DNA of 64,000 nucleotides from Rhizodiscina lignyota (taxonomy: Eukaryota): contig ML978135.1 in the NCBI GenBank assembly GCA_010015805.1, positions 558,001 through 622,000 of the forward strand, written 5' to 3'. The translations under genes were made by a program, and so were the position numbers. Of this stretch, positions 50,585 through 61,048 are shown one piece after another (the stretch's first letter is position 1; the number at the start of each line of letters is the position of its first letter). The notes below the pieces were generated by a model. It did not search any database and was not told the origin of the DNA. It saw only the letters and a list, made by a program, of their open reading frames with translations.

Positions 50585-52321
50585 ATGATGAAGCTGCTGA
50601 GATCGTTGCAATTGGTTGCTCTGACGAGCTTCGCGAGCGCGTATATCACCAAAGATGGGAAGGTTATAATACCTGGGGCGTCTAGTTTCAACGGTTTAAA
50701 CCTCGTACCGCAAATGGGATGGGATAATTGGTATTGATAGCGCAGAGCTTAATATCTCGAGCTGATATTGACATTGGACATAGGAATGCATTCGGATGCA
50801 GCATAAACGAGACTCTGGTGCTCAATACAGCCCAGAAAATGGTCGACTTTGGCCTCCGCGATCTCGGCTACAACTACGTCGTCCTCGATGATTGCTGGTC
50901 TGAAGGACGAAACTCGAGTGGATATCTAGTCCCCAACCAGAAGACTTTCCCACATGTACGTCATATCCTCGGTATTTTCTGTGATCGAGTACACGCGGTT
51001 GACATAGGTCGTTACAGGGCATGAAATATGTCGCCGACAAGGTTCACGACCTGAATATGAAATTCGGCATGTACTCCTCGGCTGGTATCTACACTTGCGG
51101 CAAATATCCAGGCTCCCTTGGCTATGAACAGAAAGATGCAGACGTTTGGGCAAGCTGGGGTGTCGACTACCTAAAGTACGACAACTGCTACAATCAGGGC
51201 CAGTCTGGTACCCCGAAACTCTCCTTCGACAGATACAATGTCATGTCACAAGCATTGAACAAGACGGGCAGGAAGATTCTCTATTCATTGTGCAACTGGG
51301 GCGATGGTAAACTCCTCGTGACTCGAGCTGTTGGTGTCTGAGCACTTACTGAGATCTCCTCAAAGATAATCCTTTTGATTGGGCATACACCATTTCGAAC
51401 AGCTATCGTATGAGCGGCGATATTTACGACAGTTTTGATCGTCCAGATTCCCGATGCCCATGCACTGAGGCGATCGGATGCTCCTGGCCGGGATTCCACT
51501 GCTCAGTAATGAATATCTTGAACAAGATGGCAGCAATTCAATCACGCTCACAGCCTGGCGCCTTCAATGACATGGATATGCTCGAGGTCGGCAATGGCGG
51601 ACAAAGCGGTGCGTTCTCGAGTCTTGCCCAACTTCTAATTCAGAATCGTGCATGGGTGCTTACACATATCGCAGACGATGAATACAAAGTGCACTTCTCG
51701 ATGTGGGCCATGAATTCCTCTCCGCTTCTCATGGGCACAAATGTCTTGACGCTCACGCCCGCGAACCTGGCGATTTACTCCAACCCAGCAGTCATTGCGC
51801 TCAACCAGGACCCTTCCGGTAGCGTTGGCATCCGCAAGTGGCGCACAATCACAAAGGATGGCGGCGAAATTGCTTTGTGGACGCGTGAGATGAACAACAG
51901 CGATACCGTCATCGCTCTCATCAACGCGGCAAACAGCACCATGACGTTGACTGCAACAGCGGCAGACATTTTCTTGGACCAGAGCACAGCCGGAAGTTTC
52001 GCGCCCGCGCCTGAGCTCTCGGAGTCATGGGATGTGTACGATCTCTGGGGCAACAGAATGTCGAATGATGAAGCTGCGACTGTCTTGAACGGTACGGCTC
52101 CGACAATCGAGGCGACTAGCAACAGTACGACGAGGTATAATGCTACCGCGTTGAGCTATGCCGATGGCCTGAATGCCAATAATACGGCGCTGTTAGGCAC
52201 CAAGGTTGGAACAATGGCACCGCATGGAAGCTGGAGTGCGAAACTTGATCGCCACAGTATTGGACTGTTTAGGTTGCGGCAGGCTTCGAATAACTCAAAG
52301 AGGAAGAGAGACGAGCTATGA
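50585..52321 (+). CDS. Secreted alpha-galactosidase, GH27, multi-exon
   Basis: Signal peptide, [29 protein letters not shown] (nucleophile Asp), RMSGDI (acid/base Asp), [18 protein letters not shown]. Confidence 0.95.
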
Positions 52322-52494
52322 ATATAGTTCATTCGGATATCATAAGGTCTTTGAAATGTAAATATCCTTGAAGGGAGAAAGATATAAATGAATCGGTCGC
52401 TTAACAAACGCTCTCTGCGAGATGGCTAATCCTAGCCTGATATCGCGTGTTTTGCATATTTATATAAAATTCAAACTTGCAGCTAATGGATTTC

Positions 52495-52630
52495 GAAAAG
52501 GTAGAATGGCTCGGCGGTTACGCCCTGGAGCATTCTTCCTCCTGAACACCTCCAGCTATACCGGATATAGTTGGGGCTGTTAGGTCTGGGGAATAGGTTC
52601 GACTCCCGCCGGGATCAAACCTATTCTTTT
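52495..52630 (+). ncRNA. Candidate RNA polymerase III transcript (A box/B box), not a canonical tRNA
   Basis: TATATAA 52461-52467, A-box-like TGGCTCGGCGG 52507-52517, B box GGTTCGACTCC 52596-52606, and a long G-U-rich hairpin between them. 5' end is approximate. Confidence 0.6.
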
Positions 52631-52653
52631 GCCCTTTTTTTGTCTTTTTTTTT
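52627..52653 (+). terminator. Oligo-T Pol III terminator cluster
   Basis: T4 (52627-30), T7 (52635-41) and T9 (52645-53) starting ~20 nt after the B box. Confidence 0.6.
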
Positions 52654-53266
52654 AAAATAAAAAAAGAAACCCTTTGAAATCCGATATACAAGACTCAATC
52701 TTACCTCTAACTCCCAAACTGATATGGTTTGGGCAGTTGGGCCAATTAGAGCTCGACTGCTCGAGCATTGCACGGTCGACAGATTCGAGGCCTAAGGAGC
52801 CTCAACGCCCCTCAAAGTGTCTGTTTCCTCTCTCTTTTTTCTTCTCTTCTCAAAATTAATCTGCTTATTTTTAAGGCGCACGTTGCTCTGAGCTGGAAAG
52901 TTGGTCATAGCTTCGAATTGGAAGGGTTGAGTGCTTGGGTGAATGACTGAGAGGGCCCGCTCCGAGGACGAAGTCCAACGAGCCTTGATGCCATTGCCTT
53001 AACAATCCCCTGACGTTTAAGACTCTATCCAGAAGCCGTGAACACTCTGCAAGGAGAGAAATGGCGGGATATCACGAAAGAGTCTCAAGTTCGACCTGCT
53101 CCGAGAACCCCGCCGACAGTAGACGAAGTCATCCGAGGTCGGCGGTCCGTAGAGATCCTCGACTATATAGAATGCTTCCGTTAATAATAATCTATGATGC
53201 TATATTCGTTATTAAAGGTTCTTAGCTGAAACTAAAAATCTGCTTGAGATCTCAAGGATTTTGACG

Positions 53267-54981
53267 ATGGCTCAGCAACATGAACAGGTAAGGCTTCCGC
53301 TGCTTGATTCCTATTGGTACAAGCGAACTAATAGACAGGCAGACTCGAACCGAAACGGATGCGTTTGGCCCAATTGAAGTATCAAATCCCAAGACCCAAT
53401 TCTCAATCTCTCTCTGATGGAGTCTTCGCACAATCTAGGTCCCGGCTGACAAGTATTGGGGAGCTCAAACCCAGCGGTTGGTACTCATATCTCTCCAAAG
53501 CAATCAAGCAAGCAGTCATTGATCAACCAGGTCTCAGATCATTACAAAATTTTCGCATCAACCAGCCCCATGATCGCATGCCACCCTCATTAATCCGAGC
53601 GTGGGGAATCCTCAAGGGTGCGGCTGCCCACGTCAATGTTGAGCACAAGGTATTAGGTAGCAATCTCTCATTTCGACGTAACGGCCACGTTGGACTGAGT
53701 TCGAGCAGATCCTAGACTTGGTGAAGCGATCCAGAAGGCAGCCGCAGAAGTAGCTTCCCTAGATTTGATAGATCATTTCCCGCTCGTAGTATGGCAAACC
53801 GGCTCCGGGACGCAGACGAACATGAACTCGAACGAGGTCATATCGAACCGGGCGAACGAAATCCTTGGTTCTCAGCTTGGCACCAAGAGTCCAGTGCATC
53901 CGAACGATCATGTAAATCTCTCTGGCTCATCCAATGATGGCATGGCCACGGCGATGCATATTTCCGCAGTTCTGGATGTGGAAGACCTAGTACTTCCTGC
54001 CCTGAAGAGCCTTCGGAGCGCCATGGAGAAGAAGACGAAGCAATTCGATCATATTATCAAGATCGGGAGGACGCATCTTCAGGATGCCGTCCCGTTATCT
54101 TTAGGGCAAGAGTTCTCCGGGTTCGCGAAACAGCTAGAATATGGACAAGGACGTGTAGAGCAAGCACTCGAAGGCCTCCGCTCTTTGGCCATGGGAGGTA
54201 CAGCTACTGGGTCCGGACTGAATACCTATGAGGGATTCCATGCTGCCTTCGCCAAGCGCGTTAGTGAGGTGACGGGGAAGCACTTCGTTGCAGCGGAGAA
54301 CCTATTCGAGGCTATATCGGCAAACGATGCAATCGTTCATGCATCCGGCGCTCTAAACACTTTAGCGTGCTCTTTGTTTAAAATAGCCCAAGACATCCGG
54401 TTCGAAGGCTGTGGGCCTAGATGTGGTTTGGGGGAGCTCGTTCTTCCAGAAAACGAGCCAGGTTCTTCATTCATGCCAGGGAAAGTCAATCCAACACAAT
54501 GCGAGTCGATGACTATGATTTGTGCAAAGGTGATCGGGAATCACACGGCTATCACCATCGGAGGTTTGAGCGGGCAATTCCAACTCAATGCTTTCAAACC
54601 GCTCTTGATATCGGACTTCCTGCATTCGGTGCGACTCCTCAGCGACGGTATGCGGAGCTTCGAGGTCAATCTTCTTGAAGGGCTTCAGGCAGACGAGAAG
54701 CGTATCAAATATCTTCTAGACCAAAGGTATGTCGCTGTTTGCTTGCTCTGCTTCGAAAAGAAGGAGTATCTGATCAGTTTTGCAGTCTCATGCTCGTAAC
54801 GTGCCTTAGCGGAACCATTGGATACGACGTAGCGTCCAAGGTCGCGAAGAATGCGCATAAGAAGGGAACAACGCTGAGAGAATCTGCCATCGAGCTGAAC
54901 GCGCTTAGTGGCGAGAAATTCGACGAGCTCGTCAGACCAGAGTTGATGATTGCACCATCGAAACTTCCGGGGGCGGCGTAA
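53267..54981 (+). CDS. Class II fumarate hydratase, divergent copy without mitochondrial presequence, ~6 exons
   Basis: [81 protein letters not shown]. Confidence 0.92.
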
Positions 54982-55647
54982 AGTTGATTTAGTGTGTTAT
55001 CTGTAGTATATTAGAGACACGAATCGGCACGAACAATGTCATTTCATTTCCAATTGGGTAGAGCATGAAATACTTTGATGGAGAAACGCATTAGTCGCTG
55101 TTTAACTCCATTGAGGTGTGCAGTTTGCCATGGCTTTGGTGAGTTTGTATATAGGAAAGCGCAAAATTCAATCAGTAGAAAGAAGAATTCAAGACATTAC
55201 CATGGGATAGGGCTACCTTATCGTACAAATTTTGCTTACAGCGGTATTGTATTCTCAGATGATACCTACAGTAGACGTTCACATCTTGATAGCTTAAGAG
55301 TCTCTTCTGACCTGCTCTAAATCCACTGGCGTTCTGGTCTGCTGAGCTATCGGCTGCTTTCAAGCTGTATAGGCTTCAATTGCAATACTTCGTGGAGTTC
55401 GAGAAACAGGGTAGAGCGGTATGGGAGAGCGGCCCCTTGTAATATAGCCTCTCTCCTATTGCGGGCTAGCCTGGGGTGTGCCTTGGATGTGGCGCTCGCA
55501 CGCGCGCCTGATGCACGGTGATCGCAAGCCGCATTATCCAGATCGCGAACTTTCGGCGTCGCGTCGTTTGAAGAAGACGAGGAAGACAAAGACGACTTTC
55601 AATGCTATCGAAAGAATGACCGCGGAGCAAGCAGACATCCACCCACA

Positions 55648-58600
55648 ATGAACGGAGACCCCCTTGCAGCTGCAGCTGCAGCTACACGTCGCCCAGCGAC
55701 AAACGGCGTAAACAACAATGACGACACTCTGAGTGACTCTCTCAGAAACCTGTCACTCAATGGCCCCGCAGTCACAAATGGCGCCCGTCGAAATAGCGAC
55801 CGATATGCTTCTCTCTCCTCACAATCCCCTTCTACTACGCGACCGAGCGCTCTTCGCCGCAGCTCCAGTGCCCTGAGTGTAGACCGACGCTCTGCATCCC
55901 CTGCTTTGACCAGGAAAACATCAACGTCGTCGTTGCGCAACGGCGACTCTTCAGGAACACCACTTCGCAGCTCGTCGAGGAGGTCTTCGGCGCATTTCCT
56001 CTCTTCTCCCACATTTGGAGGAAGGTCGCCTCTTGCGCCGCAGATGGAGGAGGCACTGCCGCCTCCACCAACGGCGGCATCAATTGCTGCAGATCACTTT
56101 CGTAAAGAGCTGGACTTGCATGGTACGGACACATCCAAAGTCAACACCGTGGTCATACTTCACGATGCGTGTTATGGTCACCGCTATTCGCGCCCCAAGA
56201 CGAGCAAGAGCACTCTGAGCATGATTGTTGAGCGTCCGGAGAGGATACATGCAGGCATACTAGGAATCACATCGGCGTATATAAGGCTAGGAGAGAGACA
56301 TGCTGAAGGCCAAAACCCGCCACATCCACGCAAAGAACCAAATCCAGCTCTTCCGTTCAAGATCAAGAGGACCTCACGTTCAATGCCAGTCACCTCTCCG
56401 GTGGTCACAAATGTCCATGGAACGGCTTGGATGAGCGAATTGAAGACTATGTGCGAATCTGCGGGACAGAAGCTCGCAACAACAGGAAAAGAGCTGGTCA
56501 GACCGGATGCAGGTGCTAGGGGTGCCAGCGCAGGGAAGGCAAAGTTGCACGAAGGTGATCTATATCTCTGCTCAGAGTCGCTCGACGCGTTTCAAGGAGC
56601 ATTGGGTGGCGTATGCGATGGTATCGATGCCGTATTTGAGGGTGTCAAGTCAGGCCAGGGACCTTCGAGTGCTTTCGTATGCATTCGCCCTCCAGGCCAC
56701 CACTGCTCTGCAGATTTTCCATCGGGTTTCTGCTGGCTCAACAACGTCCATGTTGGCATCGAGTATGCAACGCAGACCCACGGCTTGACACACGCAGCGA
56801 TCATCGACTTTGATCTCCATCATGGAGATGGCTCCCAAGCGATTACGTGGCGTCACAATGCCAAGGTGGCCAAAATGCCGGCTAAAACGCCAGCGAGCAA
56901 GAAGACTGCCATTGGATACTTTAGCCTTCATGACATCAACTCGTATCCGTGCGAAGAAGGGGAGGACGAGAAAGTGCAGAACGCAAGCTTGTGCATTGAG
57001 AACGCTCATGGTCAAAGTATTTGGAATGTGCACCTTCAGCCATGGAAGACTGAGACGGAATTCTGGCAATTGTACGAATCGCGGTATACAATTCTGCTGG
57101 ACAAAGCACGAAACTTCCTCCGAGCGCATACGCAACGATTGCGGAGTGCGCCAAACCTCCCTCAGTCCAAAGCGGCTATATTCCTCTCGGCAGGCTTCGA
57201 CGCAAGTGAATGGGAAAGCCAAGGCATGCAGAGACACAAGGTCAATGTGCCCACCGAATTTTATGCCCGTTTAACTGCCGACGTTGTGAAGCTGTCTAAA
57301 GAAGAAGACCTTGCGGTGGACGGCCGCATCATCAGTGTCCTAGAAGGCGGCTACAGTGACCGAGCGCTTACAAGCGGTGTCCTGAGTCATTTAGCTGGTC
57401 TTTGTGAAGGCCAGACAGCACTGGAAGATGAGAAGCGGATGCAGAATGGGCTAGCTTGGGACATGGGAAAGCAGATGGCTGCTCTCGCTCTTGGAACGAT
57501 CGATGTCAAGATGGAGGATGAAGATGAGATGCCAACCTCCAAGGTCCAAAAGACATACAGCTATAAGCCAGAATGGTGGCATATAAGCTCCCTCTCCGAA
57601 CTCGAACTACTCTCCAACCCAGCCCCGCCTCAGCCGCCAAAGAAGCCAGCCAGGACTGGAGCACCCCCGACGTATTCTTCACCAACTCAGTCATTCACCG
57701 CGAAAGTTGTTGATCCAACAAAGATTCGCACATCCTCCGGACGCTATGCCTCTTCAACATCTCCCTCTCGGATGCCTACCCCACCACCACCTGATGTCGA
57801 CTGGGCTACTGCGGCTTTCGAACTTCACAAATTGTTGGTTCCTACCGATCGCGAAACGAAAAGCTGCAAGCCAGAGCACTTATCGGAGACTCGCGCAAAG
57901 AAGGATCGTCAATCTGTGATTGGTCCTACCCAGCCTCAGCCTCTATCTACCGCTCTCAACGCAGGTGGTCGTCAGCTTCGAGATCGCAAAGCGCGCGCGC
58001 CAAACTATGCTGATCCTCAGTCGGACAACGAATCTGTGACTTCGAGGCGCTCAGTTTCACACTCTGATCGAAGAAGAACGATCGCAGAGTTCCCACTTGT
58101 GCCCAGTGAGGAGAACATCCATCCTGGTGGTCGACGACTAAGCGTCGCATCAAACGTAAGTGGTGTCAGCGGCGTCGCGCCGAGTGTTGCGGCATCCAGA
58201 AAGCCCGCACTTTCAAAGCCCGCAGGTGCTGGCGTACAGGTCAAAAAGACTCGTGGGAAGCCTGACAGCACCACTACCGGTGCCCCGCCAGTCCCAAGGG
58301 TCCCATCTGCATTCGGTGGAAGCAGAGCCAAGCCAGCAAGTACAGCAGCTGGAGCCCAGAGAAAAATCTCACCTAATGATGCCGGCTCAGACGATGCCAT
58401 GAATGCATTAACGAGCGGGATTCAACGCATCAAGATCAAGGTTCCAACAGAAGAAGAGCGCGCCGCGAAGGAGGCCAAGAGAGCTGCGGATGAAGCAGAA
58501 AAGAAGAAGGCCACTACTGCAGCAAGGGCGGGAGCAAAGAAAACGCCTGCTCCTCGCGCTGCAAAGGTGCCGGCTTCAAAGAAATCTGCTGCATTATCGA

Positions 58601-59532
58601 AGTCAACAGTTGCTCCTGCAGTCACTGCAGGCAGTTCCCTTCCAGTGACGGCGACCGTGGGAAATACTCCACTAGTCGCGCCTCAACCGGAGGCCCCTAT
58701 CTCCATTCCTCCTGAAGTACGTCTCCCTGCTGAAGTATCTCCCGACTCTCTTACATCTGGTCAAGAGCACCCATTAGGGTTTACGGCCATCCCTCCACCG
58801 CTCATGTCTCCCCCGGCCGCTGTGCCACCTCCTATCGACGAAGTCACATCTACCATACCAGGACGGGTCTATCCCTCGCCACCTCACGAACCAGAAATTA
58901 CCGCTGCGCTCCCCGTACCAGCTGGTGTAGTACCTACCGTGAAGCTTTCTCCTCTACCCCCTCCGAGACCTGACACCCCACCTCAACCCCCTCCACATAT
59001 CATGCCCGCTCAAACCAACAATTCTGGCCCGGCTCAACTCCAAAACGATTTCGTTCCTTGGCAACCTTTGGTATCCGTCAGTGCACCTCCGAAGAACTTG
59101 ACACATCAACCACAGCAGTTACAATGGTTGCCACCAAACTCCGATCCTTCTATCCGCAGCGCAGCAGGTAGCGGACCGCCATCGATTAAAGCTCCACCCC
59201 CAACGTCCAGCCCGCATGAACCTCCGATGGGGCTTCCGAGCGATTCTCCGGCACAGCCTTTGAACTCACAGAATCCGACGGGAGTTACTGTGCCCATGCA
59301 GCAGTTTCAGGCAACACCCGCCGTGGTCATGCGGCCGAACTCAAGAGGGCAGAATATGCCTGTTTTCACCTCGGATAGTCCGATTCCTTTCGCCCCTTCT
59401 GTCCATGTTAGTGCACCTCCTGCGGACTTGAGGCCGAGCGAACCCCCTGTGGCCACCGAGTCCGCTACGGGGAACGCTGAGACGAGGAAACAGGTTGATA
59501 TCTGGGACGTGCCTGAGACGCCGATGAAGTAA
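55648..59532 (+). CDS. HOS3: Histone deacetylase Hos3 with long disordered Pro-rich C-terminus (1294 aa)
   Basis: IVERPER, RPPGHHC, GFCWLNN, DFDLHHGDG, SLHDINSYPC, SAGFDASEWE, LEGGYSD. Single exon. Confidence 0.93.
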   Translation: MNGDPLAAAAAATRRPATNGVNNNDDTLSDSLRNLSLNGPAVTNGARRNSDRYASLSSQSPSTTRPSALRRSSSALSVDRRSASPALTRKTSTSSLRNGDSSGTPLRSSSRRSSAHFLSSPTFGGRSPLAPQMEEALPPPPTAASIAADHFRKELDLHGTDTSKVNTVVILHDACYGHRYSRPKTSKSTLSMIVERPERIHAGILGITSAYIRLGERHAEGQNPPHPRKEPNPALPFKIKRTSRSMPVTSPVVTNVHGTAWMSELKTMCESAGQKLATTGKELVRPDAGARGASAGKAKLHEGDLYLCSESLDAFQGALGGVCDGIDAVFEGVKSGQGPSSAFVCIRPPGHHCSADFPSGFCWLNNVHVGIEYATQTHGLTHAAIIDFDLHHGDGSQAITWRHNAKVAKMPAKTPASKKTAIGYFSLHDINSYPCEEGEDEKVQNASLCIENAHGQSIWNVHLQPWKTETEFWQLYESRYTILLDKARNFLRAHTQRLRSAPNLPQSKAAIFLSAGFDASEWESQGMQRHKVNVPTEFYARLTADVVKLSKEEDLAVDGRIISVLEGGYSDRALTSGVLSHLAGLCEGQTALEDEKRMQNGLAWDMGKQMAALALGTIDVKMEDEDEMPTSKVQKTYSYKPEWWHISSLSELELLSNPAPPQPPKKPARTGAPPTYSSPTQSFTAKVVDPTKIRTSSGRYASSTSPSRMPTPPPPDVDWATAAFELHKLLVPTDRETKSCKPEHLSETRAKKDRQSVIGPTQPQPLSTALNAGGRQLRDRKARAPNYADPQSDNESVTSRRSVSHSDRRRTIAEFPLVPSEENIHPGGRRLSVASNVSGVSGVAPSVAASRKPALSKPAGAGVQVKKTRGKPDSTTTGAPPVPRVPSAFGGSRAKPASTAAGAQRKISPNDAGSDDAMNALTSGIQRIKIKVPTEEERAAKEAKRAADEAEKKKATTAARAGAKKTPAPRAAKVPASKKSAALSKSTVAPAVTAGSSLPVTATVGNTPLVAPQPEAPISIPPEVRLPAEVSPDSLTSGQEHPLGFTAIPPPLMSPPAAVPPPIDEVTSTIPGRVYPSPPHEPEITAALPVPAGVVPTVKLSPLPPPRPDTPPQPPPHIMPAQTNNSGPAQLQNDFVPWQPLVSVSAPPKNLTHQPQQLQWLPPNSDPSIRSAAGSGPPSIKAPPPTSSPHEPPMGLPSDSPAQPLNSQNPTGVTVPMQQFQATPAVVMRPNSRGQNMPVFTSDSPIPFAPSVHVSAPPADLRPSEPPVATESATGNAETRKQVDIWDVPETPMK

Positions 59533-60244
59533 TTAGACGGATGGTTTCTTTCGGCCTGGTGTCGTTATTCTATGTGGCCCTTTCCCCCTTCCCTTCCCCT
59601 TCCCCTTCATTCCTCACGCAGGACCTTACAACCCCTTTATACCGTAGAGATACCCTTATCGTTGCTGGGCAATTCTATTTCGTTCTTTCGATAATACCCG
59701 GATTTGGATCAAGTGTATCTTTGTTTTGTTGTAACTTAGACATGGAAGGAAATCGACTGATTTTGAGAAGTTTAAACACGTAATTCTTACCGTGCATGCG
59801 CTGGTACCGATGCGCATATACGTCGTCGCGTCGGGCACTACAACTAGCGCGCACGTCGAGACGCGCCTGTCAAACAACAACACTGGCTGATATGGACCAA
59901 AAGCTTAACATTCACAGGGTGTTGCCGAAGTGCCAAGTACCCAATTAGTGGACAAGAAGGCAGCGATTCGTCACTGCGCGCGAAATTACCTCAAGATACT
60001 AACACGTGCAACAAGATCGAAGTGAAATGGTTGGCCGAGTCGCTTGCAGATGAACACATCTGTCACATCAGCACGCTAAACAGATTTCTCCTTGCAAAGT
60101 ATACGGCATCCTCTTCCACCTTTCCTGGTAAAACATCTTTCTTAAATTGACCATCTGAGACGTTCTCTCTGCGCTCTCTTTTATATTCGCGGTACGTTAG
60201 GGAACTTCGGTTTGTTTCTTGCGCTTCAAAGTGTATCCTACATC

Positions 60245-61048
60245 ATGCCAGGCAAGACTGCGCAGCTTCGGCCAGCGCCGCTTCGACCAGCTAAGCCGCA
60301 ACTACCTCCTGTGCCGCTCCCTCAATATCCTGCTCACCCTCCACATCCCAAAAGGACGTATCCTCTGTCTAGGAGGCTTCAGAGCCGAGAGTTCTATCGA
60401 GAAGCCGAGGAGGAACATCTGGTTTCGCGTAAGGAGCTCGCAGACACGAGGCGCAATCGCTACGCGTTGGCGATCGAGAACATCCGCCGCAAAAACTCGG
60501 ATCCGAGCAAGCGCCGACGACAGCAGAGAGCCGCTCAACTAGCTCAATTTAATCGTGACGCTACTCCTTCTCCTCAACTACGCCTACCTCCTGCTCAAGT
60601 CCCAGGCGTGGCTGCTCCGCACAGTGCAGCAATCGGCGGCCAAGTATTGAACGGTGCTCCAGATAGTCATGCCTCAAGCATCCAGCAAGGCCAGCGCAAC
60701 ATTCAGGGTGCTCGAGGTCATCACACCCTGCACCCCGGCCCCGTTGGTCTCCCGGACGTGACCAAAACTAAGGACAATGAGGACGACTGTGCGGAACAAC
60801 AGACTTCTGGCCCAGTGGATGCCGCTGAACAGATGGACATGGAAGTTGACAAGCTGGATGATTTGGTGGAAGGTAAGTCGACACACTACGTATGTGGATC
60901 AGCTGTATACTCTCACGTCGTGATTCAGGAGATCTGTGAACGATTCGGAGAGATGATTCATTCCATGATGACAACACTGGAGGAAGGGAGCAGGCTGCAG
61001 AGAAGTATACTTGAGATTCGAATTCCTCTACGAATGATGGCATGCTGA
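60245..61048 (+). CDS. Hypothetical Pro/Arg-rich protein; 3' end uncertain
   Basis: ATG at 60245 in CATCATGC context, long open frame. A GTAAGT...CAG intron at 60873..60928 would end the protein at TGA ~60939 instead. Confidence 0.5.
   Translation: MPGKTAQLRPAPLRPAKPQLPPVPLPQYPAHPPHPKRTYPLSRRLQSREFYREAEEEHLVSRKELADTRRNRYALAIENIRRKNSDPSKRRRQQRAAQLAQFNRDATPSPQLRLPPAQVPGVAAPHSAAIGGQVLNGAPDSHASSIQQGQRNIQGARGHHTLHPGPVGLPDVTKTKDNEDDCAEQQTSGPVDAAEQMDMEVDKLDDLVEGKSTHYVCGSAVYSHVVIQEICERFGEMIHSMMTTLEEGSRLQRSILEIRIPLRMMAC

Noticed and set aside
52300..52321. C-terminal RDEL of the alpha-galactosidase as an ER-retention signal
   Set aside because: Fungal retention normally uses HDEL, and such tails after KR sites can be cleaved off; cannot be supported from sequence alone.
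52500..52617. Canonical intron-containing tRNA
   Set aside because: A/B boxes are present, but the acceptor and T stems do not pair and there is no room for a variable loop. Reported as a non-tRNA Pol III candidate instead.
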